Assembly: GCA_964527425.1 (NCBI GenBank)
Contig: CAZGOA010000002.1
Coordinates: forward strand, 73,346 to 137,345
Source of the DNA: an uncultured Gammaproteobacteria bacterium
Lineage (GTDB): Bacteria > Patescibacteriota > Microgenomatia > UBA10105 > UBA927
Direction of reading: 5' to 3'
Length of the DNA: 64,000 nucleotides
Below are positions 27,953-36,851 of the stretch, piece by piece. Both the position numbers and the translations under genes were made by a program. Numbering within the stretch: position 1 is the stretch's first letter; each line of letters opens with the position of its first letter. The notes below the pieces were generated by a model that worked only from the letters and a program-made list of their open reading frames with translations, was not told where the DNA came from and did no database searches.

Positions 27953-27989
27953 TTAGCAGTACTATATAAAGAGTGCTAATTTCTGTCAA
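27953..27989 (-). promoter_or_regulatory. CIRCE operator embedded in the hrcA sigma70 promoter
   Basis: TTAGCACTC-N9-TACTGCTAA (27953-27979; two mismatches to TTAGCACTC-N9-GAGTGCTAA); TTGACA-17-TATAGT. Confidence 0.9.
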
Positions 27990-28042
27990 GAACCACATAC
28001 GCTACTTGCACAAAAAAAATATTCCTGTCCATAATAAAAAGA

Positions 28043-29098
28043 ATGTCCAGAAAATTTCTATTCATAATAATAACGTTATTTTTGCTAATAGCTATTCCTA
28101 TTACATTTTTTGTTATGCGTCAGCAACAAGAAATTAGGAAACAAGCTGCTCCATTAACACAGTTATCCATGAGTCCCGCTCAAATCTCCAAAAATGTGGG
28201 TGATGAATTCCAGGTTCAAATTATGATCGATACGGGAACAAACCCAGTTATTCTCACCGACATGTATATTACGTATGATCCTACCAAATTACAATTTCTA
28301 AGTGCTGTAAATTCTGCAAACTTTCCGAATGAACAAACAACAATCTCAAATCCTAATGGTGCTTTTCACTACCAATTAACCACATTAAGTTTACAAACCC
28401 CATTTACAGGTACCGGACCCGTAGCAACACTACGATTTCAAGCACTTGCACCAACAACCTCACCTATAGATATTGCATTTACTGAACAAACGGGTATTTT
28501 CGGAATTCAAGAACAAAAAGTTAATTTACTCATTGGTGCTAATCCAGCAAAAGTGACAATAGGTGGAGGTGGTTCAACAATCGCACCTACACCTTCAACA
28601 ATTCCAACAACACTTACACCAACACAGCCTTCAAGTCCTTCTGGCTTACTTAATTTAACGGTAACTTCACCTGTTAACAATTCTGTAACATCCGACTCCA
28701 CACCAACTATCGTTGGGAAAGCTAATTCTGGGAGTATTATCACTATAGTATCTTCACCCACAGGATTTAATGGAAGTATAACTGCTGATACTACAGGAAA
28801 CTGGTCATTTACCCCAACACAAGCCATAAAAAACGGTACATATACTCTCACGGTTACCGCTACAAATCCCGTTTCCGGTCAAACACAATCTACAACATCA
28901 ATTATAACAATAGGTTCATCCACAATAACGCCAACTACCACACCAACTATTATTACTTCAGATACTGACACAATTGAAGAAGACACTTCTACTTCAGAAA
29001 TACCGGTAACCGGAACAATAGAAACCACATTACTCATAGCTCTAATTGGTTTAATTATGCTTCTGGGAGGAGCTGCATTGCCATTTTTTATCCGCTGA
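28043..29098 (+). CDS. Surface protein: cohesin-like and Ig-like domains with EIPVTG sorting signal
   Basis: N-terminal TM; VGDEFQVQIMID..ITYDPTKLQF (cohesin-like); TPTIVGKA..GNWSFTP..NGTYTLTVTA (bacterial Ig-like); EIPVTG+TM. Confidence 0.8.
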   Translation: MSRKFLFIIITLFLLIAIPITFFVMRQQQEIRKQAAPLTQLSMSPAQISKNVGDEFQVQIMIDTGTNPVILTDMYITYDPTKLQFLSAVNSANFPNEQTTISNPNGAFHYQLTTLSLQTPFTGTGPVATLRFQALAPTTSPIDIAFTEQTGIFGIQEQKVNLLIGANPAKVTIGGGGSTIAPTPSTIPTTLTPTQPSSPSGLLNLTVTSPVNNSVTSDSTPTIVGKANSGSIITIVSSPTGFNGSITADTTGNWSFTPTQAIKNGTYTLTVTATNPVSGQTQSTTSIITIGSSTITPTTTPTIITSDTDTIEEDTSTSEIPVTGTIETTLLIALIGLIMLLGGAALPFFIR

Positions 29099-29100
29099 TT

Positions 29101-30501
29101 ATGAACAACATACTTGAAAAAAACACCTCTCCTAAAATCACTTCATTTATTTCAACTCTGAGTTTATTAATTCTATTACCTTTATTACTCCTTGGTGTAT
29201 ATGAGAGCGTACAGGTAATCACTCGAGCGTTTGGTACTCCGGCAAATATTATTGTTAATACAGATATTCAACTTTCTCAGGTTACAACAGATCATATGAG
29301 AGCATTTGCTCAAGGCGGAGAAGAAGCAACTGACATGCTTGAATCTATTATTCCATCAGTAAAGGCGTTAAAACCTACATATATCCGCATTGACCATATT
29401 TATGACTATCATAATGTTGTACAAAGGACTTCAGAAGGCCTTAGTTTTGATTTTTCCCGCTTAGATAAAGCAGTTGATAGTATTTTTCAAACTGGTGCGA
29501 CCCCTGTGCTCGCACTTTCATATATGCCTTCTGCTATCGCCAAAGATGGTGTAATTATTAACCCGCCAAACAATTGGGATGAATGGGCGTTAGTCGTACA
29601 AAGAACAATTGAACATTATAGTGGAAAAAATAATAAAAATTATAGAAATATCTACTATGAAGTCTGGAATGAACCAGATTTAGCGCAATTTGGAAGCTGG
29701 AAACTAACAGGAGAAAAAAATTACCTTACCCTGTATAGATATGCAGCTCAAGGAGCAAGAAATGCTGCTAATACCAATCCATTCTTCATAGGTGGTCCAT
29801 CAACTACCGGATTGTACAAAAACTGGATCATCGCATTAACAACACTCGGGAGTCGAGTTGATTTCTTTTCCTGGCATTCATATTTATTTGACCCAAATCA
29901 ATTTGCCAAAGATCAAATGAATATTTCAAGCTGGCTTTCTTCAACACCATATTATGCTCTTTTACCTCGTTTTGTTACCGAGTTTGGATTTACAGGCGCC
30001 AAGGATCCCCGATACAGTACAATGTATGCAGCAGCACATACTGCAGCTGTATTTCGCCAAACAGCTACAGGTGGACCACAAGCTTTATTTTCTTTTCAAT
30101 TAAAAGATGGTCCAAATCAGGAAGACGGATGGGGAATGATTACGCATGAATCAAAGGGCAACACTCTCAAACCCAGATACCACGTATATTCATTTCTAGA
30201 GTCTATGAATGGAACACGGTTGGAATTGTTAGGAGAAGGAAGTTGGGTAAGTGCACTTGCTACAATCAATAATGATATTATACGTGTCCTTTTAATTAAC
30301 TTTAATCACCAAAGTAGTAAATCAGAAACAGTACCAGTTACTTTCGCCAGAATTGCATCAGGCACCTATAAATATCGCGAACGATTTCTATTAGGTAGAG
30401 ACGCTACGTTTACTGAACAAATCGATAATAATACGCTTAAAAAAGAAATATTTATGCCGGCAAATAGTGTAGCGATTATAGAATTAACTAAAGAAAATTA
30501 A
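29101..30501 (+). CDS. Membrane-anchored GH39-like glycoside hydrolase
   Basis: YIRID, YEVWNEPD (acid/base), IGGP, DFFSWHSY, VTEFG (nucleophile). Confidence 0.85.
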   Translation: MNNILEKNTSPKITSFISTLSLLILLPLLLLGVYESVQVITRAFGTPANIIVNTDIQLSQVTTDHMRAFAQGGEEATDMLESIIPSVKALKPTYIRIDHIYDYHNVVQRTSEGLSFDFSRLDKAVDSIFQTGATPVLALSYMPSAIAKDGVIINPPNNWDEWALVVQRTIEHYSGKNNKNYRNIYYEVWNEPDLAQFGSWKLTGEKNYLTLYRYAAQGARNAANTNPFFIGGPSTTGLYKNWIIALTTLGSRVDFFSWHSYLFDPNQFAKDQMNISSWLSSTPYYALLPRFVTEFGFTGAKDPRYSTMYAAAHTAAVFRQTATGGPQALFSFQLKDGPNQEDGWGMITHESKGNTLKPRYHVYSFLESMNGTRLELLGEGSWVSALATINNDIIRVLLINFNHQSSKSETVPVTFARIASGTYKYRERFLLGRDATFTEQIDNNTLKKEIFMPANSVAIIELTKEN

Positions 30502-30517
30502 CTGCTTTGTACTGTTG

Positions 30518-32167
30518 TTATAGTTGTTTTTGTTCTTGATCTGGTAATAACGGATACGTCCAGGGAATATACTTAGAACGAATTTTATCAATTCTTTTGA
30601 GCAGTCTCAAAAAAGCATCTACCTGTCCTACTCCAAAAACCCAGGCTATAAAAAGATATACCCCTAATCCTATCAATCCAACTGTCACAGTTAGAAAAAA
30701 CAGATTTATTGTTCTAGTCGTATCAAACACTAATTGATCCAACAGTCTTAATAAACCAAATAACAATAACCCCATAATTCCAGCAGCAGAAACTATCTTC
30801 AACGGCGTAAAGAAAATCTCTCTAAATGAAAACCATCCAATTTTCCTTTGCAATATCATGAGTAGTAAACCAGCCTGAAATATACTTGCGATAGAAGTTG
30901 ATAATCCTAATGACCAAACAGGAAAGTGAAAAATAGAAATAAACAAAATGCTAAAAAAAGCGTTGACAAGTATACTTGCAATACCAACATACACTGGTGT
31001 TTTTGTATCATAGAGCGCATAAAACCCTCTTGCTAATAAATGAATCAGACCCTGTGCAAATAAAGAGATACTAAAAAATGAAAGAGTTTTCCCGGTTAAT
31101 ACTGTTGATTCCCAATCAAATTGATCTGATCCAAAGACTAGTCGAGTAATTGGAATACGTAATACTATAAAAAAGACTGAAACAGGTACAATAAAAAATA
31201 AAATTTGATGAATACCTGAAATAATCTGATCTTTAAAAGATGTTGTTTCTTCTTTCGCTGTGGATCGTGATAACGAAGGTAAAGCTGCTTGAGCAATTGT
31301 TGCTCCAAATAATCCAATTGGTAAATTCTGTAAATGTTGTGCAAACTGAAACACCGTAACCATTTTACTGCCTAATAAACTTGCTAACATTAAATCTACA
31401 GTTGTATCAATTTGACCTACTCCTACCCCAATCGTACGAGGCAACATCAATCTTCCAACCTCTTTAACTCCCTCAGTTTTTGTATCCAAAGACCATGTGT
31501 GTCTGTAATGAAGCAAAAGCACAGGAATAATTTGAATGGCAAAAAATAAAACAGCACCAATTATTACACCATAAACAGGAGCAAATAGTCCTACAAATGT
31601 TGAGAGTGTAAAAATTCCAATAATAATTCCAACGTTATATAAAATAGGTGCCAATGCAGGTATAAAGAAAATTTGATACGACTGCAACATACCAGTTAAA
31701 AAATTACCTATCATCAATGGAAATACTTGAAAAACCAACATATAACGAGTGTAGAGAGTCATTTCTGTTATCTGTTCATTCGTAAATCCTGGAGCAAGAA
31801 ACTGAGAAATTTGATGAGCAAATATCCATAATGGCACCATAACAATGGCTAGCAAAAGCAAACCATAATTCATTACAACAGATGCCATTTTCCATGCATC
31901 TTCTTCACTTTTTTTAGTTAATAATTTAGTAAAAACAGGAATAAACGCAGTCGTTAATGCACCCATCACTAACAATTCAAATAACATATTTGGCAATCGA
32001 AACGCAGCAAAATAAATACCTAATTCTTCTGTTGAAAAATATCCTGCTAACATCCTATCTCTGATAAGTCCTAATATCCTCGACATACCTACGGCTACCA
32101 TTAAAATAAAAGCAGCTGATCCCACAGACGACTGTTTAGCAACAATGAAAGATTTAAATGCTCCCAT
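30518..32167 (-). CDS. murJ: Lipid II flippase MurJ
   Basis: SRILGLIRD, AAFRLPN, AFIPV, LPIGLFG, RGFYALYDTKTP; start at ATG 32167 with TATAAT 7 nt upstream. Confidence 0.93.
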   Translation of the reverse strand: MGAFKSFIVAKQSSVGSAAFILMVAVGMSRILGLIRDRMLAGYFSTEELGIYFAAFRLPNMLFELLVMGALTTAFIPVFTKLLTKKSEEDAWKMASVVMNYGLLLLAIVMVPLWIFAHQISQFLAPGFTNEQITEMTLYTRYMLVFQVFPLMIGNFLTGMLQSYQIFFIPALAPILYNVGIIIGIFTLSTFVGLFAPVYGVIIGAVLFFAIQIIPVLLLHYRHTWSLDTKTEGVKEVGRLMLPRTIGVGVGQIDTTVDLMLASLLGSKMVTVFQFAQHLQNLPIGLFGATIAQAALPSLSRSTAKEETTSFKDQIISGIHQILFFIVPVSVFFIVLRIPITRLVFGSDQFDWESTVLTGKTLSFFSISLFAQGLIHLLARGFYALYDTKTPVYVGIASILVNAFFSILFISIFHFPVWSLGLSTSIASIFQAGLLLMILQRKIGWFSFREIFFTPLKIVSAAGIMGLLLFGLLRLLDQLVFDTTRTINLFFLTVTVGLIGLGVYLFIAWVFGVGQVDAFLRLLKRIDKIRSKYIPWTYPLLPDQEQKQL

Positions 32168-32192
32168 GAAGATTATTATAGTCATCCATTCC

Positions 32193-32256
32193 TTGACCAT
32201 AAAGGGCAAATTTCGTATACTATACGAACGGTTGTCACATGTGTGACACTATTTTT
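32193..32256 (+). promoter_or_regulatory. rpsT promoter with leader hairpin
   Basis: TTGACC-17-TATACT (32193-32221); TGTCAC-ATGT-GTGACA (32233-32248) followed by a T-rich tract. Confidence 0.6.
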
Positions 32257-32261
32257 TATTT

Positions 32262-32495
32262 ATGCCACTTATAAAACAAGCAATCAAAAAGATGCGTCGA
32301 GATAAAGTCGCGACACAACGCAACAGTGAAATTAAAGACACTGTCAAAAAAGCTGTAAAAGCCGTACGGAAAAACCCAACTAAAAAAAGTTTAGATAGCG
32401 TTTTTTCTATTTTAGACAAAGCAGCAAAGCGAAAATTTATTCATGTAAACAAAGCTTCTCGGTTAAAATCACGTCTTACAAAACTAGTTAAATAA
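32262..32495 (+). CDS. rpsT: 30S ribosomal protein S20
   Basis: MP.IKQAIKK.R, LDKAAKR..IH.NKASR.KSRL. Confidence 0.95.
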   Translation: MPLIKQAIKKMRRDKVATQRNSEIKDTVKKAVKAVRKNPTKKSLDSVFSILDKAAKRKFIHVNKASRLKSRLTKLVK

Positions 32496-32579
32496 TCTTA
32501 CCTCAGTTCAATTGAGCTCTTTTTACTTGTATATATTTGAGGATTTTCTATTTTCCGTTCAGATGTATATACTAGTTAC

Positions 32580-33116
32580 ATGGCTGCCCAACCAGTTTCA
32601 GTTAATTTACTAGACCAACCAGAATTTGAAGGGTCTTCTGTGACGAGACTTTTCAACTGGGCTGTTACCTATGGTCGATATATTATGATTGGAACGGAAG
32701 TTATTGTGTTGTTGGCTTTTATTTCACGATTCAGTCTCGATAGAAAACTCACAGATCTAAGAGAAGAAATTGCCCAAAAACAAATAATCCTTGAAGCAAA
32801 TAAAAATTTTGAGGAAGAAATTAAACAACTGCAAACAAACATACTCACAGTAAATAGCCTTATTGAAACCCAGCGAATACCTCTTGATATTTTTAACCAG
32901 GTAATTTCCATTTTACCTCCCGACATAATCTTACTTTCGTATAAACAGGAGGATATAAATATTGAACTTAAATTATTAGCCGGTACGACAAATAGTTTTT
33001 CCATTTTCTTAAATAGTATTCAAAGAATACCGTCACTTTCAGGAATAGAAATAACAGAAATAAGAAAAGATGCACTAAGAGGTACAGAATTTAGAATTAT
33101 TGCAAAAATACAATAA
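32580..33116 (+). CDS. PilN-like protein
   Basis: N-terminal VNLL (PilM-binding INLL-like motif), TM, coiled coil, ISILPPDI.L ferredoxin-like domain. Confidence 0.7.
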   Translation: MAAQPVSVNLLDQPEFEGSSVTRLFNWAVTYGRYIMIGTEVIVLLAFISRFSLDRKLTDLREEIAQKQIILEANKNFEEEIKQLQTNILTVNSLIETQRIPLDIFNQVISILPPDIILLSYKQEDINIELKLLAGTTNSFSIFLNSIQRIPSLSGIEITEIRKDALRGTEFRIIAKIQ

Positions 33117-33117
33117 T

Positions 33118-33780
33118 ATGGATCAACCAAATAAATCTCAATCAGTATTATCATTCAGGAGATACTCAAAACCGCTTGAACCCTTAATCACTAAACCTCA
33201 AAACAGAGTGTATACAGCCACAATTCTCTCTTTTTTGGTAGTGTCACTATTTTTATGGTATGCAATCAGACCTACTATTCAAACAATTCTTTCATTAAGA
33301 AGAGAAATAATTGACAATACAGAAGTCAGCAAACTCATGGAAGAAAAAATTAGCGCACTCGTTGAAGCTCAAGCAGTGTATCAAGAAATAAGCGCAGATC
33401 TTCCAATGCTGTATGAAGCGTTACCATCAAAACCAGAGCCAATGAGTGCTTTATTAACACTCCGTACTCTAGTATCAGAGTCGGGAGCATCTATTTCTGC
33501 AATTAACCTGCCACAAGTTGATTTGCTAAATTCCGAATCTACTTCTTCTGGTCAAAAACCTGATGATATACCTAATACTCTTCTTACTATTCATGTTGAC
33601 GGATCATATACAAATTTAAAAACATTCCTTAATCAAGTAATGAATCTTAGACGGATTATGTCTATACAGTCCCTTTTTATTACCACATCTGTAGAAAGCG
33701 AAAACTCGTCAATTGATCCTACTCTTCGTCTTATACTAAAGTTAAAACTACATCATAATCCCAAAGGAGCATCATCATGA
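33118..33780 (+). CDS. PilO-like protein
   Basis: TM, coiled coil, ALPSKPE, V.GSY..L..FL....NLRRIMSI; follows the pilN-like gene. Confidence 0.75.
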   Translation: MDQPNKSQSVLSFRRYSKPLEPLITKPQNRVYTATILSFLVVSLFLWYAIRPTIQTILSLRREIIDNTEVSKLMEEKISALVEAQAVYQEISADLPMLYEALPSKPEPMSALLTLRTLVSESGASISAINLPQVDLLNSESTSSGQKPDDIPNTLLTIHVDGSYTNLKTFLNQVMNLRRIMSIQSLFITTSVESENSSIDPTLRLILKLKLHHNPKGASS

Positions 33781-33995
33781 ATGTAGAAGAAAGTGACCGA
33801 GATTTATTACTCGTTTCAATTTTTACATTTTTAACTGTTTTATCGTGGGTGTTCTTTGAGCTGGTAAAGACTATAAAAACAACTACAGTAAAGGCTCCAG
33901 TTCAGGAAATCATTAAACCGTTGAACCCGACTATAGATACTGCAATACTTGATACATTAAGAGAAAGAAAATCATATTTTCCAGTCAATGAATAA
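33777..33995 (+). CDS. Small single-TM protein coupled to the pilO-like gene
   Basis: Overlaps both neighbours; one TM; PLNPTID motif. Confidence 0.65.
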   Translation: MNVEESDRDLLLVSIFTFLTVLSWVFFELVKTIKTTTVKAPVQEIIKPLNPTIDTAILDTLRERKSYFPVNE

Positions 33996-35286
33996 ACCAA
34001 TAAGAATCCCTACTATTTTCGCACTCCTCTTCGTAGGAGTTCTTCTCTTAACAATGACATGGATTACTAAAATAATTTCACAGCCAACACAAGCAGACGT
34101 AGGTAAACTTCCTAAAGATATTCAAGTAACAAATGTGTCAGACACATCGTTCACAGTACTCTGGATTACAGAAAAACCAACACGTGGAGTAATCCAAGTA
34201 ACTCCTCCAGATGGTCAAGCATTAACGTTTTATGATGATCATGCAGTGCAATCCCAAAATCAAGAATTTACGACTCATAGCGTAACTGTACGGGGCATGC
34301 AAGCACTCACACAATACACCATCACGTTTCTAAATACTCCAGACAAAACACTTACTATAACGACAGGACCAACGCTTTCACTTAATTCAAATCAATTAGG
34401 TCCTCTCCATGGCTCAGTAAAAAATTCAGATGGAACACCTGCAGTAGGCTCTTTAGTCTATCTTGCTTTAGAAGGAAGCCAAATACTTTCAACGACAGTA
34501 AAGGATTCAGGAAGTTTTCTCATCCCTCTTAATTTATTACGAACAGAAGATACTACCGCATATCTACCTGTTAAAGAAGAACCACTACCTGTTACTCTCA
34601 CGATTATATCTCCAACAGGAGAAAAAACCATAGCAACAACAAATACAGATAACGACTCTCCAGTTCCCGATATAACTTTAGGCCAACCAAACGACTTTAC
34701 ACAATCATCTGTAAAACCAACTCCTGTACTTGCTGAAAAACAATCATCGTTTCAATCCGTACTCGGTACAATAAATACAACAGCAGTAGCTTCTTCTAGT
34801 GTAACTCTGGCAACACCGATTCAAGGAGGAATAGTACGGAGTGAATATCCGTTTATTACTGGCAAAGGTATTCCAGATGAAATAGTAACAATTATTATAG
34901 GAAGCAAAAGTCCTACTGTTGATACTGTACGAGTTAAAAAAGATGGAACCTGGCAATTTACACCAAAAAAAGGCATACCAGCAGGAAACCAAAGTGTTAC
35001 TATCTCTTCGTTTGATGAAAATAAAAATCCAATTTCTATAACGCACCTGTTTCAAATTATGAAAAGTGGTACTCAAGTACTCGGTGATGCAACTCCGTCC
35101 GCAAGTCCAACAATAATTCTTCCAACCCCAATAAGCACAATTAGCGCAACACCAATCCCCACCTTGCTAATAGAACCTACTCCTACAACCGAAATTCCCA
35201 CAACAGCAACGACAGTACCTACCTATATCTTATTAGCAGCAGGAATATCATTAAGTATTATCGGATTACTTGTTTTTATACTGTAA
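33988..35286 (+). CDS. Surface protein: FN3-like and Ig-like domains with EIPTTA+TM tail
   Basis: VTNVSDTSFTVLWIT (FN3-like), GSVKNSDGTP, PFITGKG..DGTWQFTP, PT-rich linker, C-terminal TM. Confidence 0.8.
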   Translation: MNKPIRIPTIFALLFVGVLLLTMTWITKIISQPTQADVGKLPKDIQVTNVSDTSFTVLWITEKPTRGVIQVTPPDGQALTFYDDHAVQSQNQEFTTHSVTVRGMQALTQYTITFLNTPDKTLTITTGPTLSLNSNQLGPLHGSVKNSDGTPAVGSLVYLALEGSQILSTTVKDSGSFLIPLNLLRTEDTTAYLPVKEEPLPVTLTIISPTGEKTIATTNTDNDSPVPDITLGQPNDFTQSSVKPTPVLAEKQSSFQSVLGTINTTAVASSSVTLATPIQGGIVRSEYPFITGKGIPDEIVTIIIGSKSPTVDTVRVKKDGTWQFTPKKGIPAGNQSVTISSFDENKNPISITHLFQIMKSGTQVLGDATPSASPTIILPTPISTISATPIPTLLIEPTPTTEIPTTATTVPTYILLAAGISLSIIGLLVFIL

Positions 35287-35377
35287 GCTATCGGTATACT
35301 TGACGATTGAATACAGCTCTAGTAGCGTAGATAGTAGCTAACACCAGATAGTCTATTATCTCTATTTTTATATTTAC

Positions 35378-36850
35378 ATGGATTTATACGATCAAGCACA
35401 AAAAAATAATGAACCACAATCATCAGATCTGCCTGATCTCTCCTCACTCATGTCACCACCACAAGATAGTCAACCAGTTCAAACCCAACCTCCTCCACCA
35501 CAAATTGAACCTATTTCTGCATTGGATGTTCCCGTAACCCCGCCAATTTCTGATCAACCGACAGTAGATACACCACCAGTACAATCCGCAACGCCTGACA
35601 TTTCGCCTTTACCAACATCTGTTCCACCTATTGCTAATCCAGAAACACCCATGCCCACTCCACAAGAAGTAAAACCCACAGATCTTGCTTCAGAAGCTGT
35701 AATATCGAATTCACCTGATGCCAATACTTTACCTACACCAGATTCCTCCAAGCCAGATACTGTGGCAAACACACCAGATACCCAAACATTTATGCACATG
35801 AGTGATATACCCCGTGACACAGTTCCCTCTTCTCCTGTAACCGAAACAGTCCCATCTCCAGCACCACTGGATAATTCACCACCTAATACTACCCCTCCAG
35901 TACCACCAAATGCAGCGACACCATCCAAAAAGTTCACAATGGGAAGAGGAATTCTCTTTGCAGTACTTGCTCTAGCGATACTTACCCTTCCTGTCATTGG
36001 ATTTTTTGTAACACGACCCAATTCTCAAACAGATACGCGTACCCAAGCTGCAATAAGCAATTGTGCGATCCCTGGCGATCCAGATTGTGATATAACATCA
36101 CCAACTAACACTCCTCCAAGTAGCACATCTAATTCTGCCACAACCCCCGCTACGCAAACACAAACGGTACAATCGCAAGCCGGCTGTAGTTCTTTAGGGA
36201 ATCCATGTGAAAACAACGGCTGCTGTACTGGACTAGTCTGTCAGGGAAATACCGGCAATCGTGTATGTCAACAGCCAGCAACAACTCCTGATCAATGGTG
36301 TGGGGGAACACCCGGTTCTTGTGGCAGACTAATAGCTTTCCATTGCAATAGTGATTTCCCAAGTGGAACACCCGAATCAGGTTGTTTTGATAATCCAATT
36401 TATATCCAAAATAATGATGCAGCAGGCTGGGCTCAGGCACGTGCACATGTTGCCGGCTGTGGTCAAATAGACGTCGTTTGTAAAAGTGGCCCTAAAGAAA
36501 ACCAATTATGTGGAGATTTCGAAATTTTCAAAGATAATTGTGGTCCTGGCTCACAACCGACACCTATTCCAATATCTCAATGTAGAAATTTAAAAATTTA
36601 TCGTGATGGTATAGTTGTAAAAACTAAAGATTACAATACTCTTCGACCACAACAACAAATTCAGTTCGCAGTTGTATCAAACCAAGAGGCAGCACGAGCT
36701 CGATTTTACATTAACGGTAAAGATCCAGTCATATCGACAGAAAAAAATGAAAATGGTGAATTTTTTATTAACTGGGAAATACCAGAAGTAGGTAGTCAGA
36801 GGACATTTACAGTACAAGCAGAAGTTCGAATAAATGGAGTTTGGCAATAA
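35378..36850 (+). CDS. Bitopic protein: Pro-rich N-region, TM, Cys-rich region, C-terminal beta domain
   Basis: About 185 aa P/T/S-rich, TM, more than a dozen Cys, C-domain homologous to ORF 37885. Confidence 0.75.
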   Translation: MDLYDQAQKNNEPQSSDLPDLSSLMSPPQDSQPVQTQPPPPQIEPISALDVPVTPPISDQPTVDTPPVQSATPDISPLPTSVPPIANPETPMPTPQEVKPTDLASEAVISNSPDANTLPTPDSSKPDTVANTPDTQTFMHMSDIPRDTVPSSPVTETVPSPAPLDNSPPNTTPPVPPNAATPSKKFTMGRGILFAVLALAILTLPVIGFFVTRPNSQTDTRTQAAISNCAIPGDPDCDITSPTNTPPSSTSNSATTPATQTQTVQSQAGCSSLGNPCENNGCCTGLVCQGNTGNRVCQQPATTPDQWCGGTPGSCGRLIAFHCNSDFPSGTPESGCFDNPIYIQNNDAAGWAQARAHVAGCGQIDVVCKSGPKENQLCGDFEIFKDNCGPGSQPTPIPISQCRNLKIYRDGIVVKTKDYNTLRPQQQIQFAVVSNQEAARARFYINGKDPVISTEKNENGEFFINWEIPEVGSQRTFTVQAEVRINGVWQ

Positions 36851-36851
36851 T

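Noticed and set aside
27953-27979. CIRCE/HrcA as a novelty
   Set aside because: Well-established system; listed as a feature only.
35328-35364. AGATAGTAG/CTATTATCT inverted repeat upstream of ORF 35378
   Set aside because: Short and AT-rich with no supporting context.
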